From Nitrospiria bacterium (GTDB taxonomy: Bacteria > Nitrospirota > Nitrospiria > SBBL01 > JAADHI01): a stretch of DNA of 64,000 bases. The notes beneath the pieces were generated by a model that worked only from the letters and a program-made list of their open reading frames with translations, was not told the DNA's origin and did not search any database. The first letter of the stretch is position 1. Each line of letters begins with the position of its first letter. Shown here one piece after another: positions 35,433-48,926 of the stretch. A program made the translations under genes and the position numbers. The stretch is taken from contig JBHHXE010000001.1 in assembly GCA_046756865.1 (NCBI GenBank), positions 288 through 64,287 on the forward strand. Direction: 5' to 3'.

Positions 35433-37886
35433 TTACGCTGACCGGAACCATCGTAGCCTAAGGGCATTGATGACGACACTCACCGAAGAAAGTCCCATCG
35501 CGGCAGCAGCCAGGATAGGGGAGAGGAGGATTCCCGAGAACGGATAGAGGACTCCTGCTGCGACCGGGATCAGGATGATATTATAAATAAAAGCGAAAAA
35601 GAGATTCTGCCGGATGTTCCGCATGGTTTCTTTTGAAAGCCTGAGTGCGGTGACAATTCCCCGCAGATCTCCCCCGACAAGTGTAATGTCCGCGGCCGCC
35701 ATGGCAACATCGGTCCCGGTACCTATTGCCATTCCGATATTGGCCTGCGCCAGCGCGGGCGCATCATTTATTCCGTCCCCCACCATGGCTATCCGGTGCC
35801 CCTGTTTCTGAAGTTCTTTTATTCTTCGGGCTTTTTCATTTGGAAGGACCTCCGAGATGACTTGATCAATCCCAACAGCCTGAGCAATAACTTCTGCAGT
35901 TTTCTTTTGATCTCCTGTGAGAAGCAGGCTTTTTAAGCCAATCCGGTGTAGAGCTGCAACAACCCCGTTTGCATTTTCTTTTACGGTATCGGAGACGGCA
36001 ATAATTCCAACACATTCCATCCCGACAGCGACAAACAATGGGGTTTTTCCCTCTTCTGATAGACGAACTCCTGCCTTTTGAAATGTCCTAATGGAGATCT
36101 CTTTTTCCTCAAACCATCGGGCCGTTCCGAGGAAAACCGTTTTTCCCTGAATGACTGCCTGAATCCCTTTGCCGGGAATGGCCTGAAAATTTTCCGGGTC
36201 GGACAGTTTAATCTTCTCATCTTTTGCCGCTGTTAAAATCGAATGAGCCAAGGGATGTTCCGATCCCTGCTCAGCGCTTCCGGCATAAAAAAGAAGTTTG
36301 TCCCGGTCTTCTTTTTTGCTGATAATGTCGGTGACGGAAGGCCTGCCATGTGTGAGGGTCCCCGTTTTATCAAAGACCACCATATCCACCTTCTGGGCCA
36401 TCTGTAATGCTTCGCCGCTACGTATCAAAACGCCGGATTCGGCCCCGCGGCTGATTCCAACCATGACAGAGGTCGGTGTGGCGAGACCGAGGGCGCAAGG
36501 GCATGCGACAATCAGGACGGCGACGGATGCAATAAGGGCATGGGTCAAGTGTGGAGGCGGGCCAACAAAAAACCAGATTATAAAAGATAAGAACGCAATC
36601 CCCATCACAGACGGAACAAAGAAGGAAGCAATTCGGTCAGCCAGTTTTGCAATCGGTGGTTTACTTCCCTGTGCTTCTTCAACAAGACGGATGATCTGAG
36701 AAAGAACTGTTTCTGAACCGACTTGCGTCGCCTTAAAAACAAATCGCCCCGTTTGATTTAAGGTTCCGCCGATCACAAAGTCTCCAATCTTTTTTTCGAC
36801 CGGAAGGCTCTCCCCCGAAATCATGGATTCATCGATCGAGGTATAACCCTGAATAATTTCACCATCTACGGGGATTTTTTGACCAGGCCGAACGACAACA
36901 TGAGCGCCTACCTGGACATCAGCTAAGGGAACTTCTATGACTTCGCCACTGCTTTGTAAGATCGAAGCAGTCTTTGCTTGAACGCCCATCAGTTTATGAA
37001 TTGCCTCAGATGCTTTACCCCGAGCGCGTGCTTCCAATGATCTTCCGATCAGAATGATACTGACAATCGCAGCAGAGGTATCGTAATAGACCGCCGGGCT
37101 CACCCCTCCTTCTGCAAAGAGCGTCGGGGCAAAAGTAGCTATGCAACTGTATGAATAGGCGGCAGATGTTCCAACGGCGATCAGCGTATTCATATCAGAG
37201 GTCCAGTGCCTTGCCGCAGCCCAAGCACCTTTATAAAATTGTCTTCCAAACCAGAATTGGACCGGTGTTGCCAGGAGGAATTGCACCACCAGATTTGTCA
37301 TTGAACGGGACGGAAAAAGAAAGCCCAAGCCAAAGAAGTCGGCATGCATGACAACAGCAATGGCAAGGGTCAGGGAGAGAGATGAAAGAACTTTCGCATT
37401 AAAGACTGCAGCAGTCTTATCTCCCGGCAGGGCACCTTCAGGCCGCATTACTTCTGAATCGGGCAGTTGATAACCAAGGCTTTGGATAACATTTTTTATT
37501 TTATTGATCGTTGTTAGTGTCGGCAGATATTCTACTGTCGCCTTTTCAGAGGCTAGGTTGACCGAGGCCATGAAGATCCCAGTCTGACTTTTTAAAACCC
37601 TTTCAATTTTTGCAACGCAGGAGGCACAAGACATGCCTTCTATCGAGAGTGTCGTCTTCTCTGTTTTGAGGTCATAGCCGATCCGTTTAATGACGGCAAT
37701 AAGTGCAGTCGGTTTTTCGCCTTCTCTCAGATATACCGTTGCTTTTTCGGTGGCAAAATTAACCGACGCGGAGAGGACTTCATCCAGGGCCAACAAGGTC
37801 TTCTCGATACGAGAAGCACATCCCGCGCAAGTCATTCCTGAAACAGGCAGGTCAAATCGTGTCTCGGCATGATTGTCGACTGTCAT
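35433..37886 (-). CDS. copA: Copper-exporting P1B-type ATPase
   Basis: 817 aa with two N-terminal HMA domains ([24 protein letters not shown]), the CPC motif in [11 protein letters not shown], plus DKTGTLT, SEHPLA and GDGINDAP. Confidence 0.96.
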   Translation of the reverse strand: MTVDNHAETRFDLPVSGMTCAGCASRIEKTLLALDEVLSASVNFATEKATVYLREGEKPTALIAVIKRIGYDLKTEKTTLSIEGMSCASCVAKIERVLKSQTGIFMASVNLASEKATVEYLPTLTTINKIKNVIQSLGYQLPDSEVMRPEGALPGDKTAAVFNAKVLSSLSLTLAIAVVMHADFFGLGFLFPSRSMTNLVVQFLLATPVQFWFGRQFYKGAWAAARHWTSDMNTLIAVGTSAAYSYSCIATFAPTLFAEGGVSPAVYYDTSAAIVSIILIGRSLEARARGKASEAIHKLMGVQAKTASILQSSGEVIEVPLADVQVGAHVVVRPGQKIPVDGEIIQGYTSIDESMISGESLPVEKKIGDFVIGGTLNQTGRFVFKATQVGSETVLSQIIRLVEEAQGSKPPIAKLADRIASFFVPSVMGIAFLSFIIWFFVGPPPHLTHALIASVAVLIVACPCALGLATPTSVMVGISRGAESGVLIRSGEALQMAQKVDMVVFDKTGTLTHGRPSVTDIISKKEDRDKLLFYAGSAEQGSEHPLAHSILTAAKDEKIKLSDPENFQAIPGKGIQAVIQGKTVFLGTARWFEEKEISIRTFQKAGVRLSEEGKTPLFVAVGMECVGIIAVSDTVKENANGVVAALHRIGLKSLLLTGDQKKTAEVIAQAVGIDQVISEVLPNEKARRIKELQKQGHRIAMVGDGINDAPALAQANIGMAIGTGTDVAMAAADITLVGGDLRGIVTALRLSKETMRNIRQNLFFAFIYNIILIPVAAGVLYPFSGILLSPILAAAAMGLSSVSVVINALRLRWFRSA

Positions 37887-37907
37887 CGAAACTCCTGAAT
37901 AAATCGT

Positions 37908-38618
37908 TTACGAATGATACCATTTTGCCAAGCTCAAAGGAGAGACGCCTAGATAATATAAGACAAACAGAACGATATTGCGAAAGCTGGTGTAATAGTA
38001 TCCTTTACGGTCCCATCTGCGCGGTGAAGTTGATATTGATTCCTTCAGGAGAATGATACGACCACATTTCTTTAAGCGACGGATAAAGTCAATATCTTCC
38101 ATAAGCGGCATAGAATGATACCCTCCCATCTTTAAAAATATGTCCCGGCGAACAAAGTATCCCTGGTCGCCATAAGGAAGCTTGAGAAAGGAAGATCTTA
38201 AATTCGCCATCGCCGAGATTACCCTCAAAAAGAAGAGCGGGGAATCGATCCTGAGACGAAATGCACCCCCCAGTGTCGAGTTTGATTGGAGCGCTAAGCG
38301 GATCGCTTCAAATCCTTTTGGTGGAAAACCCGAATCTGCATGAAGAAAAAGGAGAACATCTCCTCTCGCCTGCTTTGCCCCTGTATTCATTTGTTCCGCC
38401 CGGCCGGGTGGTGAGGATATAACAATCCGGCGGGTCTGGTCTTTGGAGCCCTTGTCCCAATTTATCAGGATCTTGGCTGTATTGTCGCAGCTCCCTCCAT
38501 CAACAAATATCAACTCGTCAACGGAAAATTGGTCCATCTGTTCTAGAAAATGAGGTAGTATTTTTTCCTCGTCTAAAACCGGGACAATGACAGAGATGCT
38601 TCTCATTTTAAGCTGCAC
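37908..38618 (-). CDS. Family 2 glycosyltransferase (resembles TIGR04283-type)
   Basis: 236 aa with SVIVPVLDEE...ELIFVDGGSCDNT, GRAEQMNTGA, LLFLHADS, PYGDQGYF, LMEDIDFIRRL and TSPRRW. Start is GTG 38618 (overlapping the csoR TAG) or ATG 38606. The subfamily assignment is from memory. Confidence 0.8.
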   Translation of the reverse strand: MQLKMRSISVIVPVLDEEKILPHFLEQMDQFSVDELIFVDGGSCDNTAKILINWDKGSKDQTRRIVISSPPGRAEQMNTGAKQARGDVLLFLHADSGFPPKGFEAIRLALQSNSTLGGAFRLRIDSPLFFLRVISAMANLRSSFLKLPYGDQGYFVRRDIFLKMGGYHSMPLMEDIDFIRRLKKCGRIILLKESISTSPRRWDRKGYYYTSFRNIVLFVLYYLGVSPLSLAKWYHS

Positions 38619-38893
38619 TATTTACCAAGTTTAGAAAACATGGTCATCAGTTCTTCTATCTTCTTCTCCCGTTCGGGTTTGTTTTTCGATTGAAAGGCAT
38701 TTACAACACAGCCTTCGAGATGGCGCCGCATTGTTTCTTTTGCCACCCGTTCAAGAGCGCCCTGTACGGCTGAGATCTGATGTAGGGTATCCACACAGTA
38801 GCGGTTATTTTCGATCATCCTGCTGATCCCCTTGACCTGTCCTTCAATTTTTGCGAGACGGTTCAGGACTTCTTTTTTTATGTCATCATCCAT
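38618..38893 (-). CDS. csoR: CsoR/RcnR-family metal-sensing repressor (Cu-type C-H-C ligand pattern)
   Basis: 91 aa. LNRLAKIEGQVKGISRMIE..RYCVDTLHQISAVQGAL......MRRHLEGCV shows the Cys/His/Cys positions of copper-sensing CsoR. It is the first gene of an operon ending in copA. Confidence 0.88.
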   Translation of the reverse strand: MDDDIKKEVLNRLAKIEGQVKGISRMIENNRYCVDTLHQISAVQGALERVAKETMRRHLEGCVVNAFQSKNKPEREKKIEELMTMFSKLGK

Positions 38894-38907
38894 CTGCCTT
38901 TCCCTCC

Positions 38908-38935
38908 AATATACACTACCATAGTAGGGTATATT
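38908..38935. promoter_or_regulatory. Imperfect palindrome, putative CsoR operator
   Basis: AATATACACTACCATAGTAGGGTATATT matches its own reverse complement at 24 of 28 positions. It lies immediately upstream of the csoR SD (GGAGGG) and has GGGTAT/ATAC-type half sites, as in described CsoR operators. Confidence 0.55.
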
Positions 38936-39088
38936 GGCATCCTACAGTAAAGGCTAAGTCCTGTCAAGTTTCGACTGCATAGGAGAGGCTATCAATTTCA
39001 AAAGGAACATTTATCGATATGATACAAAGCAAAAAAACCTTATAATAATACACATGGCCTAAGAACGATCCTGTTATGGAGAAAGCAC

Positions 39089-40504
39089 ATGGAAGAAGAA
39101 ATTCATCGACGCAATAAGGCGGAAACCGGTTTTCGTACAATCATTGAGCCTTTCAAGATCAAGTCTGTGGAGCCGATCCGGATGACGACACGAATCGAGC
39201 GTGAAAACATCCTCAGGAGAGCACATTTCAATGTATTTCTTATCAAGGCTCGGGATGTCATGATTGACTTGCTCACGGACAGCGGGACAAGCGCAATGAG
39301 TTCTGAACAGTGGAGCGGGTTGATGCGGGGGGATGAGGCCTATGCCGGGAGTGAGAGTTATGAGCGATTTGAAAAGACCGTCAAGTCGATCTTTGGTTTC
39401 AAACATGTGATTCCAACACATCAGGGTCGGGCTGCCGAGCGTATTCTCTTTACTTCCGTCTGTAAACGAGGAGACGTGGTGCCGAATAACAGCCACTTCG
39501 ATACCACACGGGCAAATGTGGAGTCCCAAGGCGCCATCGCTGAGGATATCCTGATTGCAGAGGGACTCGATCCCGCTTCCCCCTATCCGTTTAAAGGAAA
39601 CATGGATCTTAAAAAGCTGGAGGCCTTGATTCACCGTTTCGGTAGAGCGAGAATTCCGCTTTGCATGATTACGATAACGAATAATGCGGGTGGGGGACAG
39701 CCTGTTTCCATGGAAAATATCCGTGCAGTCAAATCGCTCCTCTCCAAATATCAGATCCCCCTCTATTTTGATGCATGTCGCTTCGCTGAAAATGCCTACT
39801 TCATTAAAATGCGTGAGGAGGGTTATCAGGAACGGCCTGTTCATGAAATCGTTCAGGAAATGATGGGCTATGCGGATGGCTGCACCATGAGCGCCAAGAA
39901 AGACGGACTGTCAAATATGGGAGGCTTCCTTTGTACAAATGATGATTTTTTGGCTAAACGAGAACGTGAGCTCCTGATCCTAACGGAGGGTTTTACCACT
40001 TATGGCGGCATGGCGGGGAGAGACCTGGAGGCGATTGCCATTGGACTGAAAGAGATCTTGAAAGAAGATTACCTGATATATCGGGTCGCGGAAACGGAGT
40101 ATCTTGGGGAAAACATTGAAAAAGCGGGTTTTCCGATCGTGCAGCCGCCTGGAGGCCATGCAATTTACATCGATGCAAAGGCAACATTGACTCACATCCC
40201 GCCCTCAGAATACCCAGGACAGGCCCTGGCTGCAGCTTTTTTTCTTGCCGGCGGCATTCGGACTGTAGAGATCGGCTCCCTTATGTTCGGAAAAGTCGAT
40301 CTGAAGACAAACAAAGAAATCCCTGCTGGAATGGAGCTGGTCCGGCTGGCAATTCCAAGACGGGTGTACACACAAAGCCATATCGATTATGTCATTGAAG
40401 TTGCCAGGCAGGTCTGGAAAAACCGTGAATGTCTCAGGGGTTTTAAGATTGTGGAGCAGGCAAAGGTGCTAAGGCATTTTACTGCCAAATTGGAGTCCTG
40501 TTAA
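39089..40504 (+). CDS. Beta-eliminating lyase: tryptophanase / tyrosine phenol-lyase family
   Basis: 471 aa with EPFKIKSVEPI, DLLTDSGTSAMS..QW.G.M.GDEAYAGS, FGFKHVIPTHQGRAAE and the PLP-lysine context SAKKDGLSNMGG. I cannot separate Trp from Tyr specificity by eye. Confidence 0.9.
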   Translation: MEEEIHRRNKAETGFRTIIEPFKIKSVEPIRMTTRIERENILRRAHFNVFLIKARDVMIDLLTDSGTSAMSSEQWSGLMRGDEAYAGSESYERFEKTVKSIFGFKHVIPTHQGRAAERILFTSVCKRGDVVPNNSHFDTTRANVESQGAIAEDILIAEGLDPASPYPFKGNMDLKKLEALIHRFGRARIPLCMITITNNAGGGQPVSMENIRAVKSLLSKYQIPLYFDACRFAENAYFIKMREEGYQERPVHEIVQEMMGYADGCTMSAKKDGLSNMGGFLCTNDDFLAKRERELLILTEGFTTYGGMAGRDLEAIAIGLKEILKEDYLIYRVAETEYLGENIEKAGFPIVQPPGGHAIYIDAKATLTHIPPSEYPGQALAAAFFLAGGIRTVEIGSLMFGKVDLKTNKEIPAGMELVRLAIPRRVYTQSHIDYVIEVARQVWKNRECLRGFKIVEQAKVLRHFTAKLESC

Positions 40505-40584
40505 GCTGAAGAGAGACAGGTCACATCCTTCCATTTACCAAGCGATATGACAATATCAGGAAAGCGTTTTACCCCCGATTCTTT

Positions 40585-40613
40585 TTGACAACCAAGGCTA
40601 AAATCAATATAAT
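40585..40613 (+). promoter_or_regulatory. Consensus sigma70 promoter of lepA
   Basis: TTGACA (40585-40590), exactly 17 nt, TATAAT (40608-40613). Both hexamers match the consensus perfectly. Confidence 0.65.
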
Positions 40614-40641
40614 TCAATGTTTTATATTTCAGGAAATTTCA

Positions 40642-42438
40642 TTGCAAAAACATATCCGGAATTTCTCCATCATTGCCCACATTGATCACGGTAAGTCGAC
40701 ACTTGCCGACCGCCTGCTGGAAGAGACGGGTGCCATTGACCCGCGTGAATTTAAGGATCAACTCCTGGATGATATGGACCTCGAAAGAGAAAGAGGGATT
40801 ACGATCAAGTCCCATGCCGTACGACTTCGGTACACTGCAAAAGACGGGATAGAGTATATGATGCACCTGATTGATACACCCGGCCACGTTGACTTTTCCT
40901 ATGAAGTGTCTCGAAGTCTCTCTGCCTGTGACGGTGCTTTATTGGTTGTTGATGCCACACAGGGCGTCGAAGCACAAACCATTGCAAATGCCTACATGGC
41001 CATTGATAACAATCTGGAAATCATACCGGTGATCAATAAAATAGATCTCCCAAGCGCGGACATTGAAAAGACAAAAAATCAGATTGAGGAAATCCTGGGA
41101 TTGGATGCCTCCGGGGCCATTGCCACGAGCGCCAAGGAAGGGAGGGGAATCAAAGAAATCCTGGAATCAGTTGTTCTGAATGTCCCTCCCCCAATGGGTG
41201 ATCCGAATGCCCCCTTACGGGCGCTGATTATTGATTCCTGGTTTGACAATTATCAAGGGGCCGTCATCCTCATTAAGATTGTGGATGGAAGGGTTCAAAA
41301 AGGGACCCGCATTCGACTCATGTCAAACGATACGGAACACGAAGTCCTCTCCATGGGCGCCTTTCTTCCAAAGCCGAAAGAGGTCCCGTCCCTCTCTGCG
41401 GGGGAAGTCGGCTATCTTGTCTCCGGGATTCGGGAAGTCAGCGAGACCAAGGTTGGAGATACCGTGACAGATGCCAAATCTCCGGCTTCTGATGCAATCC
41501 CGGGTTACAGGGAGGTCACGCCTATGGTTTTCTGTGGCCTGTACACCATTGACACGGACCGATTTGAAGACCTCCGGGAAGCCCTTAAAAAATTACAGTT
41601 GAATGATTCCTCATTTCAGTATGAACCAGAGACTTCTTTGGCGCTTGGTTTCGGATTTCGCTGCGGATTTCTTGGCCTGCTCCATATGGAAATTATCAAG
41701 GAACGGCTGGAAAGAGAATATCGCCTTGCACTGATCGGCACGGCGCCGACCGTGGTCTACCACATCACGACACAAAAAGGAGGGATTCTCAATATAGAGA
41801 ATCCGGCCAAGCTGCCGCCGCCCGGCGAGATCACCCGATTTGAAGAACCTTTTATCGAGGCGGTGATTATTACGAGAGACGAATATTTAGGGGCTATCAT
41901 CCGTTTGTGCCAGGAAAGGCGCGGCACACAAAAAGACATGAAATATCTCGATGTTGGCCGGGTGATGCTCACGTATGATCTACCACTCAATGAGGTCATT
42001 CTCGATTTTTATGATCGACTGAAGTCCCTGTCTAAGGGATATGCCTCTTTGGATTACGAATTCAGCGGATATCAGGACGCCCATCTGGTTAAAGTGGATA
42101 TCCTGCTCAATGGAGAGCGTGTCGATGCGCTTTCCTTTATTGCGGACCGGGAGAAGTCACAGTTCCGGGCCAGACAACTTGCTGAAAAGATGAAAGAGAT
42201 TATTCCGAGACAGATGTTCGAGGTTGCCATTCAGGCGGCAATCGGAGGCAAGGTGATTGCGAGAGAGACCGTTGGGGCCTTGAAGAAGAATGTGACGGCA
42301 AAATGTTATGGTGGAGACATCACCCGAAAAAGGAAATTATGGGAAAAACAGAAGGAAGGCAAAAAAAGAATGAAGCAGGTTGGCCGGGTGGAGGTACCGC
42401 AGGAAGCCTTCCTGGCAGTCCTGAAGGTTCAGGATTAA
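40642..42438 (+). CDS. lepA: Translation elongation factor 4
   Basis: [21 protein letters not shown] lies near the N-terminus, with [12 protein letters not shown] and the LepA C-terminal domain. I prefer TTG 40642 (599 aa, AGGA 7 nt upstream), because the ORF-track start at 40585 is the -35 box of the promoter. Confidence 0.93.
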   Translation: MQKHIRNFSIIAHIDHGKSTLADRLLEETGAIDPREFKDQLLDDMDLERERGITIKSHAVRLRYTAKDGIEYMMHLIDTPGHVDFSYEVSRSLSACDGALLVVDATQGVEAQTIANAYMAIDNNLEIIPVINKIDLPSADIEKTKNQIEEILGLDASGAIATSAKEGRGIKEILESVVLNVPPPMGDPNAPLRALIIDSWFDNYQGAVILIKIVDGRVQKGTRIRLMSNDTEHEVLSMGAFLPKPKEVPSLSAGEVGYLVSGIREVSETKVGDTVTDAKSPASDAIPGYREVTPMVFCGLYTIDTDRFEDLREALKKLQLNDSSFQYEPETSLALGFGFRCGFLGLLHMEIIKERLEREYRLALIGTAPTVVYHITTQKGGILNIENPAKLPPPGEITRFEEPFIEAVIITRDEYLGAIIRLCQERRGTQKDMKYLDVGRVMLTYDLPLNEVILDFYDRLKSLSKGYASLDYEFSGYQDAHLVKVDILLNGERVDALSFIADREKSQFRARQLAEKMKEIIPRQMFEVAIQAAIGGKVIARETVGALKKNVTAKCYGGDITRKRKLWEKQKEGKKRMKQVGRVEVPQEAFLAVLKVQD

Positions 42439-43061
42439 TCTTATCTAAAGATAAGAAGAAAAAATCTACCTTTCGGGAATATGCCGAGACGCTTGTAATC
42501 GCCATCGTACTGGCCCTTTTTATCCGAACATTTGTCGTACAGGCCTTCAAGATTCCCTCGGGGTCGATGATTCCTACCCTGGCAATCGGGGATCATATCC
42601 TCGTCAGTAAGTTTATTTATGGCGTTCGGCTTCCGTTTACAGACATCGTGTTGATCCCCTTCCAAAAGCCGGACCGGGGAGACATCATTGTTTTCCGCTT
42701 TCCCAAGGATGAACGAAAAGATTTTATCAAGCGTGTTGTTGGTATTCCAGGCGACACCATTGAAGTCAAGGAAAAGGCCCTGTATCTGAATGGGATAAAG
42801 CAGGAGGAGTCCTTTGCCATACATGATGAGGCAACGATACCCTTGCGATCCCTTGATAACCGTGATAATTTTGGACCCATATCCGTTCCTCAGAATGCCT
42901 ACTTTGTGATGGGAGACAACCGGGACCACAGCCTCGATTCGCGCTTTTGGGGTTTTGTCGATTTCTCAAAAATTAAAGGACAGGCCTTCCTGATCTACTG
43001 GTCATGGGATAAAGAGACAAGTTGGGTGCGATGGAAGCGACTTGGGAAAATTCTTCACTAA
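42339..43061 (+). CDS. lepB: Signal peptidase I
   Basis: Contains [10 protein letters not shown] (catalytic Ser), the Lys box RGDIIVF..P......[11 protein letters not shown], and [14 protein letters not shown]. The start is uncertain: the only canonical in-frame starts (ATG 42303 and 42339) overlap lepA by 100 nt or more. Confidence 0.85.
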   Translation: MGKTEGRQKKNEAGWPGGGTAGSLPGSPEGSGLILSKDKKKKSTFREYAETLVIAIVLALFIRTFVVQAFKIPSGSMIPTLAIGDHILVSKFIYGVRLPFTDIVLIPFQKPDRGDIIVFRFPKDERKDFIKRVVGIPGDTIEVKEKALYLNGIKQEESFAIHDEATIPLRSLDNRDNFGPISVPQNAYFVMGDNRDHSLDSRFWGFVDFSKIKGQAFLIYWSWDKETSWVRWKRLGKILH

Positions 43062-43087
43062 CAATCTGATCTCAGAAGGAAAATGAA

Positions 43088-44043
43088 TTGAAACGGTTTT
43101 TAAAGCGTTTCTCCAGACAAAAAGTCCTTATACTGGGGGACATGATGCTCGATCATTATATCTGGGGGAGCGTACGCCGAATTTCGCCTGAAGCGCCGGT
43201 CCCCGTCGTGAATGTGCAATCCGAATCAGTCTTGCTTGGCGGTGCGGGAAATGTCCTTCATAATATCCTGACCCTGGGAGGGGGAAGTATGATCTGCAGT
43301 GTCGTTGGGTCAGACGATGCCGGTGAATGGATCCGGTCTGAAATTTCTTCAAACAATGTTCCCCTTGAGGGCGTGGTCGTAGAGGATGGTCGTCCGACCA
43401 CCAAGAAAACACGTATTATTGCCCACCAACAACAGGTTGTCCGCTATGACCATGAGGAACGCGCTAAAATCAAACTCAAAACCGAGAGAAAAATATCAGC
43501 ATTTATTTCAGATCATCTCATGGAAATTAATGCCATTGTTGTCTCGGACTATGCAAAAGGCGTCGTGACCGAAGGGCTTATGAACAATATCATCTCATGT
43601 GCAAAGAAAAGAAGAATTCCTGTTGTGGTTGATCCAAAGGTAGATCGTCTATCTTATTACAAGAACGTCACCATGATTACACCGAACCATCTTGAGGCAT
43701 CCCAGGGGTCGGGGATTGAAATCGAAGATGAAAAGACCCTGTGTAAAGCGGGAAAAATACTCTTAAAGAACCTCAAGTGTGAGGCCGTACTCATTACAAG
43801 AGGAGAACATGGGATGAGCTTGTTTGAAAGAAATGGAAAGATCACACACATCCCGACGGAAGCCAAAGAGGTCTACGATGTCACCGGTGCTGGAGATACA
43901 GTCGTCGGGACAATTTCCCTCGCCCTGGCGGCGGGTGCGCCTTTTGCGACTGCGGCCAAAATGGCAAATCATGCGGCAGGCATTGTTGTGGGGGAGGTGG
44001 GTACCGCGGCCATTCACAAGGAGAGATTGGAGCAGGTTCTCTA

Positions 44044-44044
<1 letters not shown>
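43088..44044 (+). CDS. hldA: D-glycero-beta-D-manno-heptose-7-phosphate kinase (RfaE domain I type, PfkB family)
   Basis: 318 aa from a TTG start with VLILGDMMLDHYIWGSVRRISPEAPVPVV and the C-terminal DVTGAGDTV. It is kinase-only, with no fused adenylyltransferase domain. Confidence 0.82.
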
Positions 44045-47343
<3,299 letters not shown>

Positions 47344-47446
47344 TATTAAATTGTAGGTCGTCGGTATTTTTCTTCAGGGCAAGAGGCAAGCCACACAGGA
47401 AAGGCCATCCTGGAATAAAAGACGGGTCCTGTCAAATGAAAAGAAT

Positions 47447-48424
47447 ATGGATGTGAGCATAGAAGAAGGAAGGCGAGTCATCCGGATAGAGGCAGATGCC
47501 CTTTCCACACTCGAAGAAAAGATCGATGACCGTTTTGTTACCGCGGTCAAATTCTGCCATGACTGCAAAGGTCGCGTAGTGGTCATCGGTATGGGGAAAT
47601 CCGGACACATCGGAAAAAAAATCAGTGCAACAATGGCGAGCACGGGGACCCCGGCTTTTTTTCTTCATCCCTCTGAAGGAATTCATGGGGACTTGGGAAT
47701 GATTTCCAAGGATGATGTCGTGTTGACCATTTCCAACAGTGGTGAGACGGAAGAAATTCTCCGAATACTCCCTGCCATTAAACGTCTCAACCTGAAGTTG
47801 ATCACCATGACAGGAAAAATCGACTCAAGTCTTGCGAAAGCAGGTGATGTTGTCCTCGATGTGTCTGTTCGCGAAGAGGCCTGCCCTCTGGGCCTGGCCC
47901 CGACAGCAAGCACCACGGCGGCCCTCGCCATGGGGGATGCCTTGGCCGTAGCCCTGCTTCAAGCGAAAGGATTCCGTAAAGAAGATTTTGCTTTCTTCCA
48001 TCCCGGAGGTTCTCTGGGACGCAATCTGCTTTTGAAAGTCAGAGATGTTATGCATACAGGAAGGGAAATCCCGACTGTTCAGGAAACAATGCCGATGCGG
48101 GAAGTTGTACTGGAAATGAGCGCAAAGAAGCTGGGGATGACAACCGTCGTCACAGAGCAGGGCACGCTCTCAGGCGTTGTGACCGATGGAGATTTGAGAA
48201 GGTTGATCAGGGATGCGAACCGTGAGCAGGAGGATATTTTCTCTTTACCTGCCGCAGAGGTAATGAATCCGAAACCAAAGACCATACTGCTAGAGGCTTT
48301 GGCCGCAGAGGCCATTCACACGATGGAAACCTATTCAATTACCTCCTTAGTCGTTCTGAATAGGGAAGGCTTTGTGAAAGGAGTCGTCCATCTGCATGAC
48401 CTTCTTAAGAAAGGAGCCCTTTAG
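47447..48424 (+). CDS. kdsD: Arabinose-5-phosphate isomerase (SIS + tandem CBS)
   Basis: 325 aa with VVVIGMGKSGHIGKKI.AT..STGTPAFF.HP.E..HGDLGM and a C-terminal CBS pair. Confidence 0.93.
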   Translation: MDVSIEEGRRVIRIEADALSTLEEKIDDRFVTAVKFCHDCKGRVVVIGMGKSGHIGKKISATMASTGTPAFFLHPSEGIHGDLGMISKDDVVLTISNSGETEEILRILPAIKRLNLKLITMTGKIDSSLAKAGDVVLDVSVREEACPLGLAPTASTTAALAMGDALAVALLQAKGFRKEDFAFFHPGGSLGRNLLLKVRDVMHTGREIPTVQETMPMREVVLEMSAKKLGMTTVVTEQGTLSGVVTDGDLRRLIRDANREQEDIFSLPAAEVMNPKPKTILLEALAAEAIHTMETYSITSLVVLNREGFVKGVVHLHDLLKKGAL

Positions 48425-48926
48425 CTTGAACAAAGACCTTATTGAAAAAGCAAAAAAGATCAAATGCCTCTTATTGGATGTCGATGGGGTCATGACAAAT
48501 GGAATGCTCTACTTTGACGAGAACGGAAAGGAAATAAAGGGCTTTTCAATCTATGATGGTTTGGGTGTTGCCCTCTGCCGCCGTGCCTCTATTCTAGTCG
48601 CGATTATTTCCGGACGCCACTCTGAAGTCCTTTCGTGGAGAGCGAAGGAGCTTCAGATTGAAGAGGTCCATCAGGGCATTCGTGATAAAGTCAAGACCTA
48701 CGAACACATTGCGAAAAAGCATAAATTGGAAAGGCAGTCAGTCGCTTTTATAGGGGATGATCTTATTGATCTCCCCCTGCTTCGGGAAGTCGGTTTTTCT
48801 GTCGCTGTGGCCAATGCTGTTGAGGATGTCAAGAAGGAGGTTGATTGGGTCACTCAACGCCGGGGAGGGGAGGGCGCAGTGAGAGAGGTTGTTGACCTTA
48901 TTTTATCCGCTCAGGGAGTTCATTGA
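48396..48926 (+). CDS. kdsC: 3-deoxy-D-manno-octulosonate 8-phosphate phosphatase
   Basis: HAD motif LLLDVDGVMTNG......G.E.K.F...DG.G and GDDLIDL. The start is ATG 48396 or TTG 48426, just after the kdsD stop. Confidence 0.9.
   Translation: MTFLRKEPFSLNKDLIEKAKKIKCLLLDVDGVMTNGMLYFDENGKEIKGFSIYDGLGVALCRRASILVAIISGRHSEVLSWRAKELQIEEVHQGIRDKVKTYEHIAKKHKLERQSVAFIGDDLIDLPLLREVGFSVAVANAVEDVKKEVDWVTQRRGGEGAVREVVDLILSAQGVH

Noticed and set aside
39074-39844. 256-aa minus-strand ORF overlapping the 5' half of the tryptophanase-like gene
   Set aside because: The plus strand carries unmistakable beta-eliminating lyase motifs. The minus-strand translation has no recognisable features or SD.
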